Of a stretch of 64,000 bases of DNA, positions 8,953 to 19,055 are shown in pieces; the first letter of the stretch is position 1, and each line of letters opens with the position of its first letter. The stretch covers positions 64,001 through 128,000 of the forward strand of contig CAVUWA010000010.1 of assembly GCA_963744995.1 (NCBI GenBank), written 5' to 3'. The notes beneath the pieces were generated by a model that saw nothing but the letters and a program-made list of their open reading frames with translations, did not search any database and was not told the DNA's origin. The translations under genes were made by a program, and so were the position numbers. Origin of the DNA: Candidatus Eiseniibacteriota bacterium (GTDB taxonomy: Bacteria > Eisenbacteria > RBG-16-71-46).

Positions 8953-10428
8953 ATGAATACATCCCCTGTACGACCCAGCCGAGCCCGCGGGGCGCGCGGG
9001 CCACTGTGCAGCGCGCTCCTCGGCGCTGCAGCGTCCCTCGCCGTCGCCACCGCGCCCGCCATCGCGCAGCGCCCGACCCTTTCGCCAGGAGTCCGCCCGT
9101 ACGTCGCGGTGGATACGAACGTGGTGGCACTCACCCACGTGCGCGTCATCGACGGCACGGGTGCGCCGGCCAGGGAAGACCAGACCCTCGTCATACGAGA
9201 CGGCAAGATCTCGTCGCTGGGTCCATCGGCCTCGGTGCCGGCGCCTGCGGGCGCCGTGGTCATGAACCTCACCGGCAAGTCGGTGATCCCGGGCCTTGTG
9301 ATGATGCACGAGCACCTCTATTACCCCACGGGCCCGGGCGTCTACGCCAACCTCACCGAGAGCTTCACGCGGCTCTATCTCGCGGGCGGCGTCACCACGA
9401 TGCGCACCGCAGGGAACGCGAACGGCTACGGCGAGCTCGCGATCGCCCGCGAGATCAAGTCGGGGGCGAAGCCGGGACCGTGGATCGACGCCACCGGCCC
9501 GTACCTGCAGGGACCCGCCGCCGGATTCACGCAGATGCACGCCCTAAAGGACGTCGAAGACGCGCGCCGCATGGTGGACTTCTGGGCCGACGCCGGCGCG
9601 ACCTCGTTCAAGGCCTACATGCACATCACCCGGGAGGAGCTGGCGGCGGCCGCGAAAGCGGCGCACCTGCACGGCATGAAGATCACCGGCCACTTCTGCT
9701 CGGTGACCTACCACGAGGCCGCGGAGCTGGGCGTCGATAACCTGGAGCACGGGTTCTTCGTCGCCACCGACTTCGTCAAGGACAAGAAGCCCGACGAGTG
9801 CCCGGGACAGCGGGAGGGCATGACGGCGCTGAACGAGGTGGATCCGCAGGGCCCGCAGTTCAAGGCGCTCGTGGGCGACCTGATCGCCCACCACGTCGCG
9901 GTGACGTCCACGCTTCCGGTGTTCGAGACGTTCACGCCCGGCCGCCCCCAGCCGCCGGGGCTCGACGTTCTGGATCCCATCCTCAAGGATCAGTTCGAAG
10001 CCACGTACAAAAAGGTCCAGGAAAATACGAAATCCATCTTTGCGGCGCTCTTCAAGAAGGACATGGCCATGGAGCTCGCCTTCGCCAGGGCGGGCGGCCT
10101 GTTGCTCGCCGGCACCGATCCCACCGGGTATGGCGGCGTCATTCCGGGTTACTCCGACCAGCGACAGGTCGAGCTCCTCGTGGAGGCGGGCTTCACGCCG
10201 CTGGAAGCCATCCGGATCTGCACGCTGAACGGCGCGACGTATCTGGGGCGCGACGCTCTGGTCGGTTCGCTGGCGAAGGGGAAGCAGGCGGACCTGGTGA
10301 TCATCGACGGAAACCCCGCGGCGAACATCGCGGACATCCGCAACGTGTCGATGGTGTTTCGCCAGGGCGTCGGGTACGACCCCGCGAAGCTCGTCGCGAG
10401 CGTGAAGGGGAAGGTGGGGTTGTTCTAA
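8953..10428 (+). CDS. Amidohydrolase family protein (exported)
   Basis: PGLVMMHEH metal motif, GVTTMRTAG, LLAGTD, G.LAKGKQADLVIIDGNP; N-terminal signal-like segment. Confidence 0.88.
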   Translation: MNTSPVRPSRARGARGPLCSALLGAAASLAVATAPAIAQRPTLSPGVRPYVAVDTNVVALTHVRVIDGTGAPAREDQTLVIRDGKISSLGPSASVPAPAGAVVMNLTGKSVIPGLVMMHEHLYYPTGPGVYANLTESFTRLYLAGGVTTMRTAGNANGYGELAIAREIKSGAKPGPWIDATGPYLQGPAAGFTQMHALKDVEDARRMVDFWADAGATSFKAYMHITREELAAAAKAAHLHGMKITGHFCSVTYHEAAELGVDNLEHGFFVATDFVKDKKPDECPGQREGMTALNEVDPQGPQFKALVGDLIAHHVAVTSTLPVFETFTPGRPQPPGLDVLDPILKDQFEATYKKVQENTKSIFAALFKKDMAMELAFARAGGLLLAGTDPTGYGGVIPGYSDQRQVELLVEAGFTPLEAIRICTLNGATYLGRDALVGSLAKGKQADLVIIDGNPAANIADIRNVSMVFRQGVGYDPAKLVASVKGKVGLF

Positions 10429-10738
10429 CCGGGCTCGTGCCGGCGACGGCGGGTGGGAACTCGGCTCCGCCAGGTACCTTTCGATTTTCCCCTGGCGGGG
10501 TGTAGCTTGCCTCGAAATTCTCGAAGTCAACTCTGCGCTATGGCGATCGTGCGAGGATTCATGTCACCGCCGCCACGACGGCCCTGCCACGGAGTTTCTC
10601 CAACCACTCGGCGTTCGGCTCTCCTCGTGACCGGGCCGGCCCGCCTCGGTTGCCGCTCGACCATGCCCCAAACCTCGTCTTCGAATCCAGCGCGCAGGAG
10701 CGGCTCCCGGACCGCGTCTCCGGCGTGACGGGCCTCCG

Positions 10739-12616
10739 GTGAGCAGGAAGGAGCGCGGGCCGCGGCGTCCTTCGACCCGGCGGGCGCATGGAGCGGCGCA
10801 GTCTGCCTCGGTCGGCGGAACGAGCCCCGCGGCCCCGGGTCGGGGTCCCGGGCGGCTGTTTCGGTTCGTCTGGGTGCTTCCTGTTCTGGTGGCGGGCCTC
10901 GCGAACCTCGGCGTGCTCGGAAACGGGTTCGCCTACGACGACGTTCGAGTCATCGAGCTGCTTCGACAGCACCAGATCACCCTGGCGAGCGGGTCGGCCG
11001 TCACGCCGGAGCCTGGCGTCGCCGCTACGCCTCCGCTGCGCGACCAGGAGCTGCGGCCGCTCACCTATGCCGTTCACCTGCTCAACTACCAGCTCTGGGG
11101 TGACGCACCCTTCGGATTCCATCTGTCGAGTCTGCTGCTACACATGGTGGCTACAGCCCTGGTGTACGCCGCTGCCCTGCTGTTCGTGCGCACAGCCGCA
11201 ACGGCAGCGCTCGTTGCGCTGCTGTTCGCCGTGCATCCGCTGCACGTCGAGGTCGTCGCGAGCTTCGCGAACGTCAAGGACATCCTCGCTCTCATCTTCG
11301 ACCTTAGCGCCCTGCTGGCCTGGGTCCGCATTCGACCACACGTGCCGCGCGTGCTCACGACGGGCGCATTGCTCGCCCTTGGATTCGTGTCGAAGGAGAT
11401 CGCCGTAGTCGGCCTCCCGGTGTTGCTGATGGCCGGCCACGGCGTGCTCGGCCCCGACCGGGAAGAGGCGAAGCCTGCGCGCTGGCAGGTTCGGGTGTTG
11501 CTGTTTCTGGCCATTGGCCTGGGCGCCATGGTGGCGGCAGGACTGCTGTGGGGCGATCGGATTCCCGGCTTCAATCCGGCCGACATCGGAAACGCGACCG
11601 AGCAGCAGCTACACCACTACAGCACCGTGCTCGCCAATGCCGCGCTCGGTGTTCTGCGTCTGGTGCGGCTGCTGGTTCTCCCGATCGGGCTGTCGGCCGA
11701 CTACCCTGTGGCCACGAATGTGACGCTCGCGAGCCCGGCGGTATGGCTCGCGCTCTCGACCCTCGCGGCGCTGATCGTCCTTCCGCTCATGGGGTACCGC
11801 CGCCGCCCCCGGGCCGCGCTCGCGGCCGCCTGGGTGATCGTCATGTACCTGCCGATATCCAACCTCATTCCGCTGGTCCACTTCTTCGCCGCAGATCGCT
11901 ACGCCTACGTTCCATCCTTCGGATACTGCGTGCTGTTTGGCATGGCCACGGACTTCCTCCATCGGCGTGCCGGCATCCAGGGCCGGCGCGCGATTGTGGC
12001 CGTCGTGGTGCTCGTGATGGGGCTGCTCGCGCTGCAAACGGCTCGCCGGGTCGGCGATTGGAAGAACGATCTCTCGCTCTGGTCGTCGGCCTCGCGCGCC
12101 GGATACGAAACCTATCGGATCCGGCACAAGCTCGGCGTTGCGCTATTCCTCGCGAGCGACGCGAATGCCGACACGGCGGCGACGGAACTGTCGCGAGCCA
12201 TCGCCCTGCGTCCGGGAATCACGGAAGATCATCTGTGGCTGGCGGGAGCGTTCTTCGCGGCGCACCGTGCGGAAGATGCCTGGCGGGAGGCGAACACCGT
12301 GCTGCAGGCAGACAGCGCCAATGCCATCTGCCGGTTCATTCGCGGCGAACTGCTCCTGCAGCGTGGCGACTCCCTTCGAGCACTGGCGGACTATCGCGTG
12401 ACCGTCGCGTCCGACAGCACTCACTTCGGCGCCTTGATGCGGATCGCGATGATCGATCTCGCCCAGGCGCGGGCGCGACCGGGCGGCCTGGAGGAAGCCG
12501 CAGCGCTCGCACGCCGTGCTGCGCGGCTCACCACGAACGACAACGCGGCGTTCCACCAGCAGGCGGTCGAGCTGGTCAGGCAGTCGGAGGCGGCCATTCA
12601 GCGTCGCCGAAAGTGA
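10739..12616 (+). CDS. TMTC-like GT-C membrane glycosyltransferase with C-terminal TPR repeats
   Basis: NGFAYDD, RPL, GFHLSSLLLH, LLFAVHPLHVEVVA, SKE, LSADY, ADRYAYVPSFG, W...LSLW followed by helical TPR-like repeats. Confidence 0.8.
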   Translation: MSRKERGPRRPSTRRAHGAAQSASVGGTSPAAPGRGPGRLFRFVWVLPVLVAGLANLGVLGNGFAYDDVRVIELLRQHQITLASGSAVTPEPGVAATPPLRDQELRPLTYAVHLLNYQLWGDAPFGFHLSSLLLHMVATALVYAAALLFVRTAATAALVALLFAVHPLHVEVVASFANVKDILALIFDLSALLAWVRIRPHVPRVLTTGALLALGFVSKEIAVVGLPVLLMAGHGVLGPDREEAKPARWQVRVLLFLAIGLGAMVAAGLLWGDRIPGFNPADIGNATEQQLHHYSTVLANAALGVLRLVRLLVLPIGLSADYPVATNVTLASPAVWLALSTLAALIVLPLMGYRRRPRAALAAAWVIVMYLPISNLIPLVHFFAADRYAYVPSFGYCVLFGMATDFLHRRAGIQGRRAIVAVVVLVMGLLALQTARRVGDWKNDLSLWSSASRAGYETYRIRHKLGVALFLASDANADTAATELSRAIALRPGITEDHLWLAGAFFAAHRAEDAWREANTVLQADSANAICRFIRGELLLQRGDSLRALADYRVTVASDSTHFGALMRIAMIDLAQARARPGGLEEAAALARRAARLTTNDNAAFHQQAVELVRQSEAAIQRRRK

Positions 12617-12718
12617 AGCGCATCCCCCCGCGGCGAAAACGAGCTGGTGGCCAGAGCAGAGGGTGCTACTCTTGGATCCGCTGGAGGTCGCCCGTACCGG
12701 GAATACCAGCCCCATCCC

Positions 12719-13120
12719 GACGCGCGCACCGGCAACTCCGAGATCTACTTCACCATGCTGGATGCCTGTGGGAATCGGCTGCTGCCGGATGTCCAGGCGT
12801 CCCGGTCTCCCGGCGTTACTTCGACCGGGCCGAGCGTAGACATCGATGCGCAGGGCTTTGCCTGTATCTGCGCAGACCGGTCCGCCCTCGCCGCTGAGGG
12901 CTGCGCGTTGGGCGGACGGAGTTACCATGGATGCACGTTCATTGAGAGACGCGTTCCCGAAGCTGCGGCTATCCCGCATGAGCCGCCGGCTTCGGTTCCC
13001 TACTAATGCGAAGCGATAGCTCCTGCAGCCGGATGGGCACCACGCCGGCACAGGAACTACACGGGGCCGGACAACAGTTCCGACTTGCTGACCGTGTATG
13101 TGGACGGTCAGGCACAGGGA
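12719..13120 (+). pseudogene. Decayed scraps of secreted-protein domains (beta-propeller blade; LamG-like strand)
   Basis: DARTGNSEIYFTMLDACGNRLLPDVQ...S..PSVDIDAQG, then in another frame DNSSDLLTVYVDGQAQG; interrupted by a stop and frameshifts. Confidence 0.4.
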
Positions 13121-13208
13121 CCTCCCGCCCTCTCTATGGTCTGGTTGGTCCCGAACGATGGCTGCCTGTTTGTGACCGTCATGGATTTCGACATGGAGGC
13201 GGCAGCGC

Positions 13209-14804
13209 ATGACAGAGCCCCCCGCGCAGACCCCGACCTCGGGAAGCCATCTGCCGGCGTGGGTTCTTCCCGCATTCTTCACCGCGATCGCTCTCTACGC
13301 CCTCGTGGTCGTCCTGGGGTTCAGTTCCAGAGCCCTCGTCTCGCGCGTGTTCGACGACACGTTCTACTTCCTGAAGATCGCGCAAAACGCCACCAGCGGA
13401 GGTCGTGCCAGCTTCGACGGCATCCATTCGACCAACGGCTTCCAGCCGCTGTGGTTGCTCGTGTTGCTTCCGCTGTACGGGTTTCTGCACTTCACGCCGG
13501 AAACGATGCTGCGGCTGGTCCTGCTGCTCCAGGTGGTGATGCTCGGTGCGGCCGCGTGGATCATGATGCGCTTTCTACGAGAGTTCTTTCCTCTTCGCAT
13601 AGCGCTGACTGCGTTGATCCTCGTGGTGTTCGCCGTCTTATATCCCGCGCTCAACGGAATGGAATCCGCGGTACTGATCCTGACGATGGTCAGCCTGCTC
13701 GCCTACGGTGCACACGCCTCCGTGTTCGACCGATTCCGCCCGCGGACTTCCCTGGTCTTTGGAGCGCTGCTCGGCCTCGTCTTCCTGTCCCGGCTCGATA
13801 CCGTGTTCCTGGCACCGGCGCTGGGCGCGGTCGGCCTGCTCACCGGCCAGGAGAGCCTGCGCGTGAAAGTCCTGCGTCTGTGCTGTATCGCCGGCGCCAC
13901 CACGATCGTCGTGATCCCCTACCTGATCTGGAATCTTCTGACGACGGGACACGTGATGCCGATCAGCGAGCAGCTCAAGTCCACGTTTCCGGTCGTGAGT
14001 TTCGAGGTCTCGCGAATCGCGCGGTTCGGAGTGCGCTACCTCGCCTGCCTCGCCTTCGGCGCGCTGTACCTGTTCTGGCTCCCCTGGCGCGCCCGGGGCC
14101 CAAGCCGTCGAGAACCCGGGTGGGGCTACGTCGACGGCGCCATCGCCGTGGGAGCCGCCGGGATGCTGATGCACGCCCTGCACTCCGTTCTCTTCATGCG
14201 GTGGGCCGTGTTCCGCTGGCACCACATCTGGTACGCCCTGATCGCGGCGCTCATCATCACGCGGGTCCTTGCATCACTCGACGCACGGCTCCCCGAGCCG
14301 CGCAGGACGCGCGTGGGGGCGATCATCGCGATCCTTGCACTGCTGGGTGGCGTGGCCGAGACCGCCCGTCAGGACTTCCTGATTCGACGCGGCGCGTGGC
14401 ACGTGGGCGCGTACAACGCTGCCGTGTGGGCGAGGTCGCAGACCGACCCGGCCGACGTCTTCGCCATGCACGACGCCGGTACCTTCGGGTACTTCAGCGA
14501 GCGGCGGGTCATCAATCTCGACGGCGTCGTCAACGACCTTGCGTATCAGGAGGTGCTCCGCGAGGGACGTTTGCACGACTACCTCGATGAGAATCATGTC
14601 AAGTTCATCGTGTCCCACGAGCTGGGCAAGCAGGAAGATCGCGATACCTACGTTCGCACCGACCTTCTCATCAGGAGTCGTCGCTATCCCGCATCGGCCG
14701 ACTCGATCCTCGTGTGGCACCGGGACGAAATCTATCGTGGTCCCGTCTACCGGCACGAGCGCAGGCATCACGTCGTGTGTGTGATCTGGCGGTTCCGCTC
14801 GTAG
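13209..14804 (+). CDS. GT-C superfamily (PMT/ArnT-like) membrane glycosyltransferase
   Basis: FDDTFYFLKIAQN...SFDG...TNGFQPLW, NGMES, LSRLD, DAGTFGYFS...INLDGVVN; many TM segments; GGAGG RBS. Confidence 0.75.
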   Translation: MTEPPAQTPTSGSHLPAWVLPAFFTAIALYALVVVLGFSSRALVSRVFDDTFYFLKIAQNATSGGRASFDGIHSTNGFQPLWLLVLLPLYGFLHFTPETMLRLVLLLQVVMLGAAAWIMMRFLREFFPLRIALTALILVVFAVLYPALNGMESAVLILTMVSLLAYGAHASVFDRFRPRTSLVFGALLGLVFLSRLDTVFLAPALGAVGLLTGQESLRVKVLRLCCIAGATTIVVIPYLIWNLLTTGHVMPISEQLKSTFPVVSFEVSRIARFGVRYLACLAFGALYLFWLPWRARGPSRREPGWGYVDGAIAVGAAGMLMHALHSVLFMRWAVFRWHHIWYALIAALIITRVLASLDARLPEPRRTRVGAIIAILALLGGVAETARQDFLIRRGAWHVGAYNAAVWARSQTDPADVFAMHDAGTFGYFSERRVINLDGVVNDLAYQEVLREGRLHDYLDENHVKFIVSHELGKQEDRDTYVRTDLLIRSRRYPASADSILVWHRDEIYRGPVYRHERRHHVVCVIWRFRS

Positions 14805-14829
14805 GGGAAGCCGGCGGCGAACCCGCGGG

Positions 14830-14965
14830 ACGTCGCCATGGCCGCGCGGTGCTCGACCACGTAGGCGCGTTGGGATTGCAACACCGCCCAGCAGCGGCGC
14901 AGGAGCTTGGCCGCCAGCGCGCAGGTCGCCTGCTTGCGGTGCTTGCCGCGTGCAGTCGCCTGCAC
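14830..14965 (-). mobile_element. IS110-family transposase C-terminal remnant
   Basis: RGKHRKQATCALAAKLLRRCWAVLQSQRAY fits the IS110 C-terminal pattern GK..K.A..A.A.KL.R..WAVL....Y. The rest of the gene is absent. Confidence 0.65.
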
Positions 14966-15004
14966 CGCCGCTGCCGCCCGCCGGACAAGCCGAACGTGAA
15001 CGTG

Positions 15005-16815
15005 CTAGCGCATCCGGACGACCCTGCGCATGGCGATTCCGCTCTCCGTCTCGAGTTTCGCGACGTAGACGCCCGGGCCCGCTTCCGAGCCGCTGACGTC
15101 CGTTCCGTCCCAGACCGCGGTGTGCAGACCGGCGGCACGCCGGCCGCTCAGCGGCTCGGCGATCCTTCGCCCGGCGATGTCGTAGATGGACAGTCGAACG
15201 GAACCCGCAACGGGCAGGACGAACGTGAGCCGCGTCGTGGAGCGGAATGGATTCGGCGCGGGGGGCGCGAGCGCGAGCGCCGAACCGGACCGTTCTGAAG
15301 GCTCGACCGCGACGGTGCCGGAGGCCGTGCGCAGATCCATCTCGGCACGACCGTTGCCCTGCGGCGAGAACCAGGGCGAACGCGGGAAGAACGGCGAGCG
15401 GCTGACGATGCGCATCCGCCAGTGATACCGGGCGTCTTCACTCAGTCCCGTTACGGGCAGCTCGAGGCGGGTACCCAGGAGACCACCGTCCAGCTCCGGC
15501 CCGGCGCGCAGACCGGTGCCGTCGAACGGAACACCCGCGGGCTTGACCTCGACCTGCAGAGCCACGTCCGCCCGCCCCGCCGCCGAGCGGCCCAGGGCGT
15601 CCACGAGAAAAGCGGACGGCGAATCCGTGCGACCCAGCAGGGCAATGGGCGCCGAGTCGTCCGCTCGGCGCTGCCGCGGAACGTGGCCCAGTCCGTTGCG
15701 CCTGCCGCCGTAGTGCAGGCGCACCTGTCCCTCCTCGATCTCGGGGTTGTCGATCCAGATCGCACCAACGAGGACATCCGAGAACCCGTCACCATTGACG
15801 TCGCCGGCGCTTCCGACCGACCAGCCGTATCCCGAGTTGGGCTGGGTACTCTCGGCCAGCCAGGACGGCTGGGCCCCGGGACCGGTGCTGGACCCGCGAT
15901 AGACGCGAACCTGGCCCGCCTGGCTGATGCCCGTGTTGTACAGCGGTGCGCCGATGATGAGATCGCTGTATCCGTCGAGGTCGACGTCACCGGCCGCGGC
16001 GGCGGAGTAGCCGAAGTCACAGCCGCTCCGGCCGCCACGTGCCGTCCACGCAGGCGCAGCGCTCAGACCGGCCGGGGAGCCGAGATACACACGAACCTGC
16101 CCTTCACTTTGAAACACGACGTCGTACTCCGGCGCGCCGACGATCACGTCGGAGAAACCGTCACCGTTGACGTCGCCCGCACAGGCCACCGACTCGCCGA
16201 AGTGCGCCTGGGCCTGATTGCCGTTCATGATCCAGGCAGGGGTGCGAGAGACCCTGCTCGGAACCCAGGTACAGGCACACGCGTCCTTCGTCGGGCTGGG
16301 TTGCGTCGTAGTACGGCGCGCCGACGATGACGTCGGAGAAGCCGTCGCCGTTGATGTCGCCCGCACTCGCGACCGAGTGGCTGAAGAACGCCCTGAACTG
16401 GTTCCCGTCGGCGGTCCATGCCGGATCCGCCTCGAGGCCGGCGGGCGAACCGTGGTAGACGAACGCCCGGCCCTCATCGGTCTCGCCGACGTCGTAGTCC
16501 GATGCGCGCACGATCACGTCGTCGTAGCCGTCGCCATTGACGTCGCCCGCGCAGGCGACGGTCGAGCCGAAGAACGCGTAGTCCTGATCGCCCGTGGCCG
16601 TCCAGTTCGGGAGCAGGCTCGGCCCGGAGGCGGACCCCAGATGGAGGAACGCGGCGCCCTCGTTCACCTCCCCGTCGTCGTGGCGACGCGCACCGACGAT
16701 CACGTCCGAAAAGCCGTCGCCGTTCACGTCACCCGCCGTGGCGACGGAATATCCCAGCAGAGCGGAGGCCTGGCTGCGCTCGGCGATCCATCCGGGCGCG
16801 GCGGCCGGCCCCTCA
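15005..16815 (-). pseudogene. FG-GAP (integrin-alpha-like) repeat protein with FlgD-Ig/T9SS-A-like CTD; 5'-truncated and frameshifted
   Basis: AGDVNGDGFSDVIVGA repeats in two frames joined at ~16244 (GLS/TPAWIMNG); no start or signal peptide upstream of ~16815; CTD APNPF...YDIAGRR...WDG.D..G...GPGVYVAKL. Confidence 0.8.
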
Positions 16816-17099
16816 CCCGCGCCGCCACGGGAGGCACCGCAACCGCGGCGAGCTTGCCGACACGCGGAGAGGCGGGTTCCTTCTGGAATCGGCCGCGGGC
16901 GGGCCGCCCGGCGTGTGGGGACCGGGCGCGACCGGAGCCGGCGCCGTGGGAACCCGATCGCCTGCCGTCCGCACGGGCGGCGGGACCGGCTCCGCATGTC
17001 CTCGGCGGAAAGTCTAGCGCAATGCCGGGGGTCCGGCATCCCCGCCGTGCGGCCGTGTGCCTCGCGGCGTGGCAGGCATGCGCGCGCGGCGTCCCGGTG

Positions 17100-17254
17100 G
17101 CGGGCCGCTCGCGCCCATGCCGATCGCCGCATGCGTGGCCGCGCGCTTGGCCTCGCGCGCGTCACCACGCAGAGAGCGGTGCGGCGGATCCTCCTCCACC
17201 TCGATGCGCACGGCACCGGCGCGCGCCGGGCCGTGGGCAGGCGCGGCGGCGTGA
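17100..17254 (+). mobile_element. IS91-family (HUH rolling-circle) transposase C-terminal remnant, frameshifted
   Basis: Across frameshifts reads PLA..C../RMRGRALGLARVTTQRAVRRILLHLDAHGTGAR/AGPWAGAAA*, resembling the DPLxCPxCG.xM...AxIT....IRRILxHL...ARxP tail of IS91-like transposases. Confidence 0.5.
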
Positions 17255-17401
17255 GCGCAGGGCGCGGGGGACGGAACCCTCTCCCCCGCCTGGGCGCGCA
17301 CCGGAGTGGCTGCGGGGGCGTGGTGGGACGGGTGTGCGCGGGGGGCGGCGCGGGGTCTGGCGCGGACGAAACCGGGCAGGCTGTCGGCTCGTGCGACCTG
17401 G

Positions 17402-17502
17402 CCAAGGACCCGGCGCGCTGCGTCAACACGGGGCGCGGAGGGATTTCAGGGTGGAGCGGGGCTCGAGGCGGGCGTAGGCTGGGCGTGGGGAGCGCGAGAG
17501 TC
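17402..17502 (+). repeat. Dispersed non-coding element, copy 2 (putative IS91-like ori-proximal end)
   Basis: Aligns by eye over ~100 bp with 20969-21069; lies ~150 bp downstream of the IS91-like remnant; TGGAGC(17452)-N17-TAGGCT(17475). Confidence 0.8.
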
Positions 17503-17554
17503 ATTCGCCGCGAGCGGATGTGCCCCCGTCCCTCCGCTGCGTCAGGAGCAGACC

Positions 17555-18004
17555 ATGAAGCTCGCCCTCATCGCCGTCACCTGCACGCTCGTGTTCACCG
17601 CCGGTTGTTCGGCCGAACGGACCGTCGCGCCTCAGAAAGGCGCGCCGACGTTTCCGGCCGAGTACTGGTTCATCAACACCGGCGACGGCGAGATCGACGC
17701 CGTCGAGATCACCGGCAACACGTACTACCCGGACCGCGACTACACGAATCTGCGCATGCAGAACTGGCAGAGTCCCGCCCCCGACGCGCGGCTGATGCTC
17801 GAAGCGACCTACGACGCGTACGCCGGCTGCCAGGTCCAGGTCATGATCGCGGTGCACAAGATCTGGGACGGCGAAGATCACGGGCGCTGGCGGTTCTGGG
17901 TGACCGAGAAGAACGTGGTGGAAACGGCTGGCGACGCCGTCGTGGAGTTCGTCTGGCCGGATGACACGGCGAAGGCCAGAGAGGTGGATCGCGGCGTGTT
18001 CTGA
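17555..18004 (+). CDS. Hypothetical lipoprotein
   Basis: AGGAG RBS; MKLALIAVTCTLVFTAGC lipobox; typical codon usage. Confidence 0.75.
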   Translation: MKLALIAVTCTLVFTAGCSAERTVAPQKGAPTFPAEYWFINTGDGEIDAVEITGNTYYPDRDYTNLRMQNWQSPAPDARLMLEATYDAYAGCQVQVMIAVHKIWDGEDHGRWRFWVTEKNVVETAGDAVVEFVWPDDTAKAREVDRGVF

Positions 18005-18198
18005 CCGGCTCCGCTGGATCGGCAGCAGGGTGAGCTAATCGTCGAGTGCGATACGAAAGACGAAGCCCGTCAGATGCTGCCGCCGCTCCATCGCAATCAG
18101 GCGCTCATCAGTGGGCCGAACACGTTTTCGCTCGAGCGCATTCCGTGGCTCGTGAAGCGCCGCGGCGGCCAGAGGCGCCGGCCCCGCGCCTCGCCCGG

Positions 18199-18444
18199 TC
18201 AGAGGCGTTCGCGAAGCCCCGCGACCCGACCGGCGAGCGCATCGAGTTCGAGCGGCAGACCGTCCACGCCGATTGCGCGCGCCCCGCGCCCATCGATGAT
18301 GACGACCCCCGCGGGTCGCTTGTCGGCGCCCGCGAAGATGCGCTGCCCCACACCCGTCACCGTCACCACGGTGTGCTCGAGCGGCACCAGCGTGAGGCCG
18401 TCCACACGAAGCGGGGCGGCAGCTCGCAGCGTGGTCGAGGTCAT
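18199..18444 (-). CDS. Small YtfJ/GerW-like protein
   Basis: PLRVDGLTLVPL...KRPAGVVIIDGRG resembles the YtfJ fold; ATGA overlap with the upstream gene. Confidence 0.55.
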   Translation of the reverse strand: MTSTTLRAAAPLRVDGLTLVPLEHTVVTVTGVGQRIFAGADKRPAGVVIIDGRGARAIGVDGLPLELDALAGRVAGLRERL

Positions 18445-19046
18445 GTGTTCCACAGCAGCACCCGGATGACCCGCCGGCCGGGCCGCGACAGGGCGAAGCG
18501 GCCGAGCGCGCCCAGCAGCCGCACCGGGACCAGTCGGCCGGCGGCCGCCGCTTCGGCGTCGAAGGCCGCATCGGCGAATTCGGGCTCGAACGTCACGCGC
18601 AGCGCCGGCCCGCGCGGCAGCCAGACGAGCAGGGGGCCCACGATGCCGCACAGCTCGCCCGTCCCGGCGGGATCGCCCGTGCCTGCATGCACCGAGACGC
18701 GGCCGCGACGCCATCCGAGCGCGCGGAACAGATCGAGAGCGAGGCGCGCCGCGCGCGACCCAAGCCCCTCGATGGAGATCACGCGGCGCGCTTTCCAGGC
18801 GGCATGCAGGGGGCGCTTCCGGCGCCCGGCGCGGCGTGCTTTGCGCCGCGCCTCGCGCCCCGGGGTGGCCGCGCGCCGCCCGCCGCGGCCGAAGCGCACC
18901 AGCCCGAACAGCCAGCGCGCACGGAAGCGGACTCCGACTCCCGTGCGTGCCGACACCGTGTAGTCCACCGGGACGAAGCACAGGCCGATCAACAGCACGG
19001 CAAACGCCGCCGCAATCAGTGCGATCGTACCGAGCGCCGCTCCCAC
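18441..19046 (-). CDS. DUF2953 (YtfI-like) membrane-anchored protein
   Basis: N-terminal TM, WLFGLVRF, GTGDPAGTGELCG, FEPEF; adjacent to YtfJ as expected. Confidence 0.7.
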   Translation of the reverse strand: MGAALGTIALIAAAFAVLLIGLCFVPVDYTVSARTGVGVRFRARWLFGLVRFGRGGRRAATPGREARRKARRAGRRKRPLHAAWKARRVISIEGLGSRAARLALDLFRALGWRRGRVSVHAGTGDPAGTGELCGIVGPLLVWLPRGPALRVTFEPEFADAAFDAEAAAAGRLVPVRLLGALGRFALSRPGRRVIRVLLWNT

Positions 19047-19055
19047 CGGAACCGC

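Noticed and set aside
10467..10498. CCGCCAGG-N16-CCTGGCGG hairpin after the amidohydrolase as an attC or IS end
   Set aside because: No GTTRRRY/RYYYAAC boxes and no second copy; at most a weak terminator.
18074..18160. LISGPNTFSLERIPWL as a DoxX C-terminal scrap
   Set aside because: Too short and weak to support without a search.
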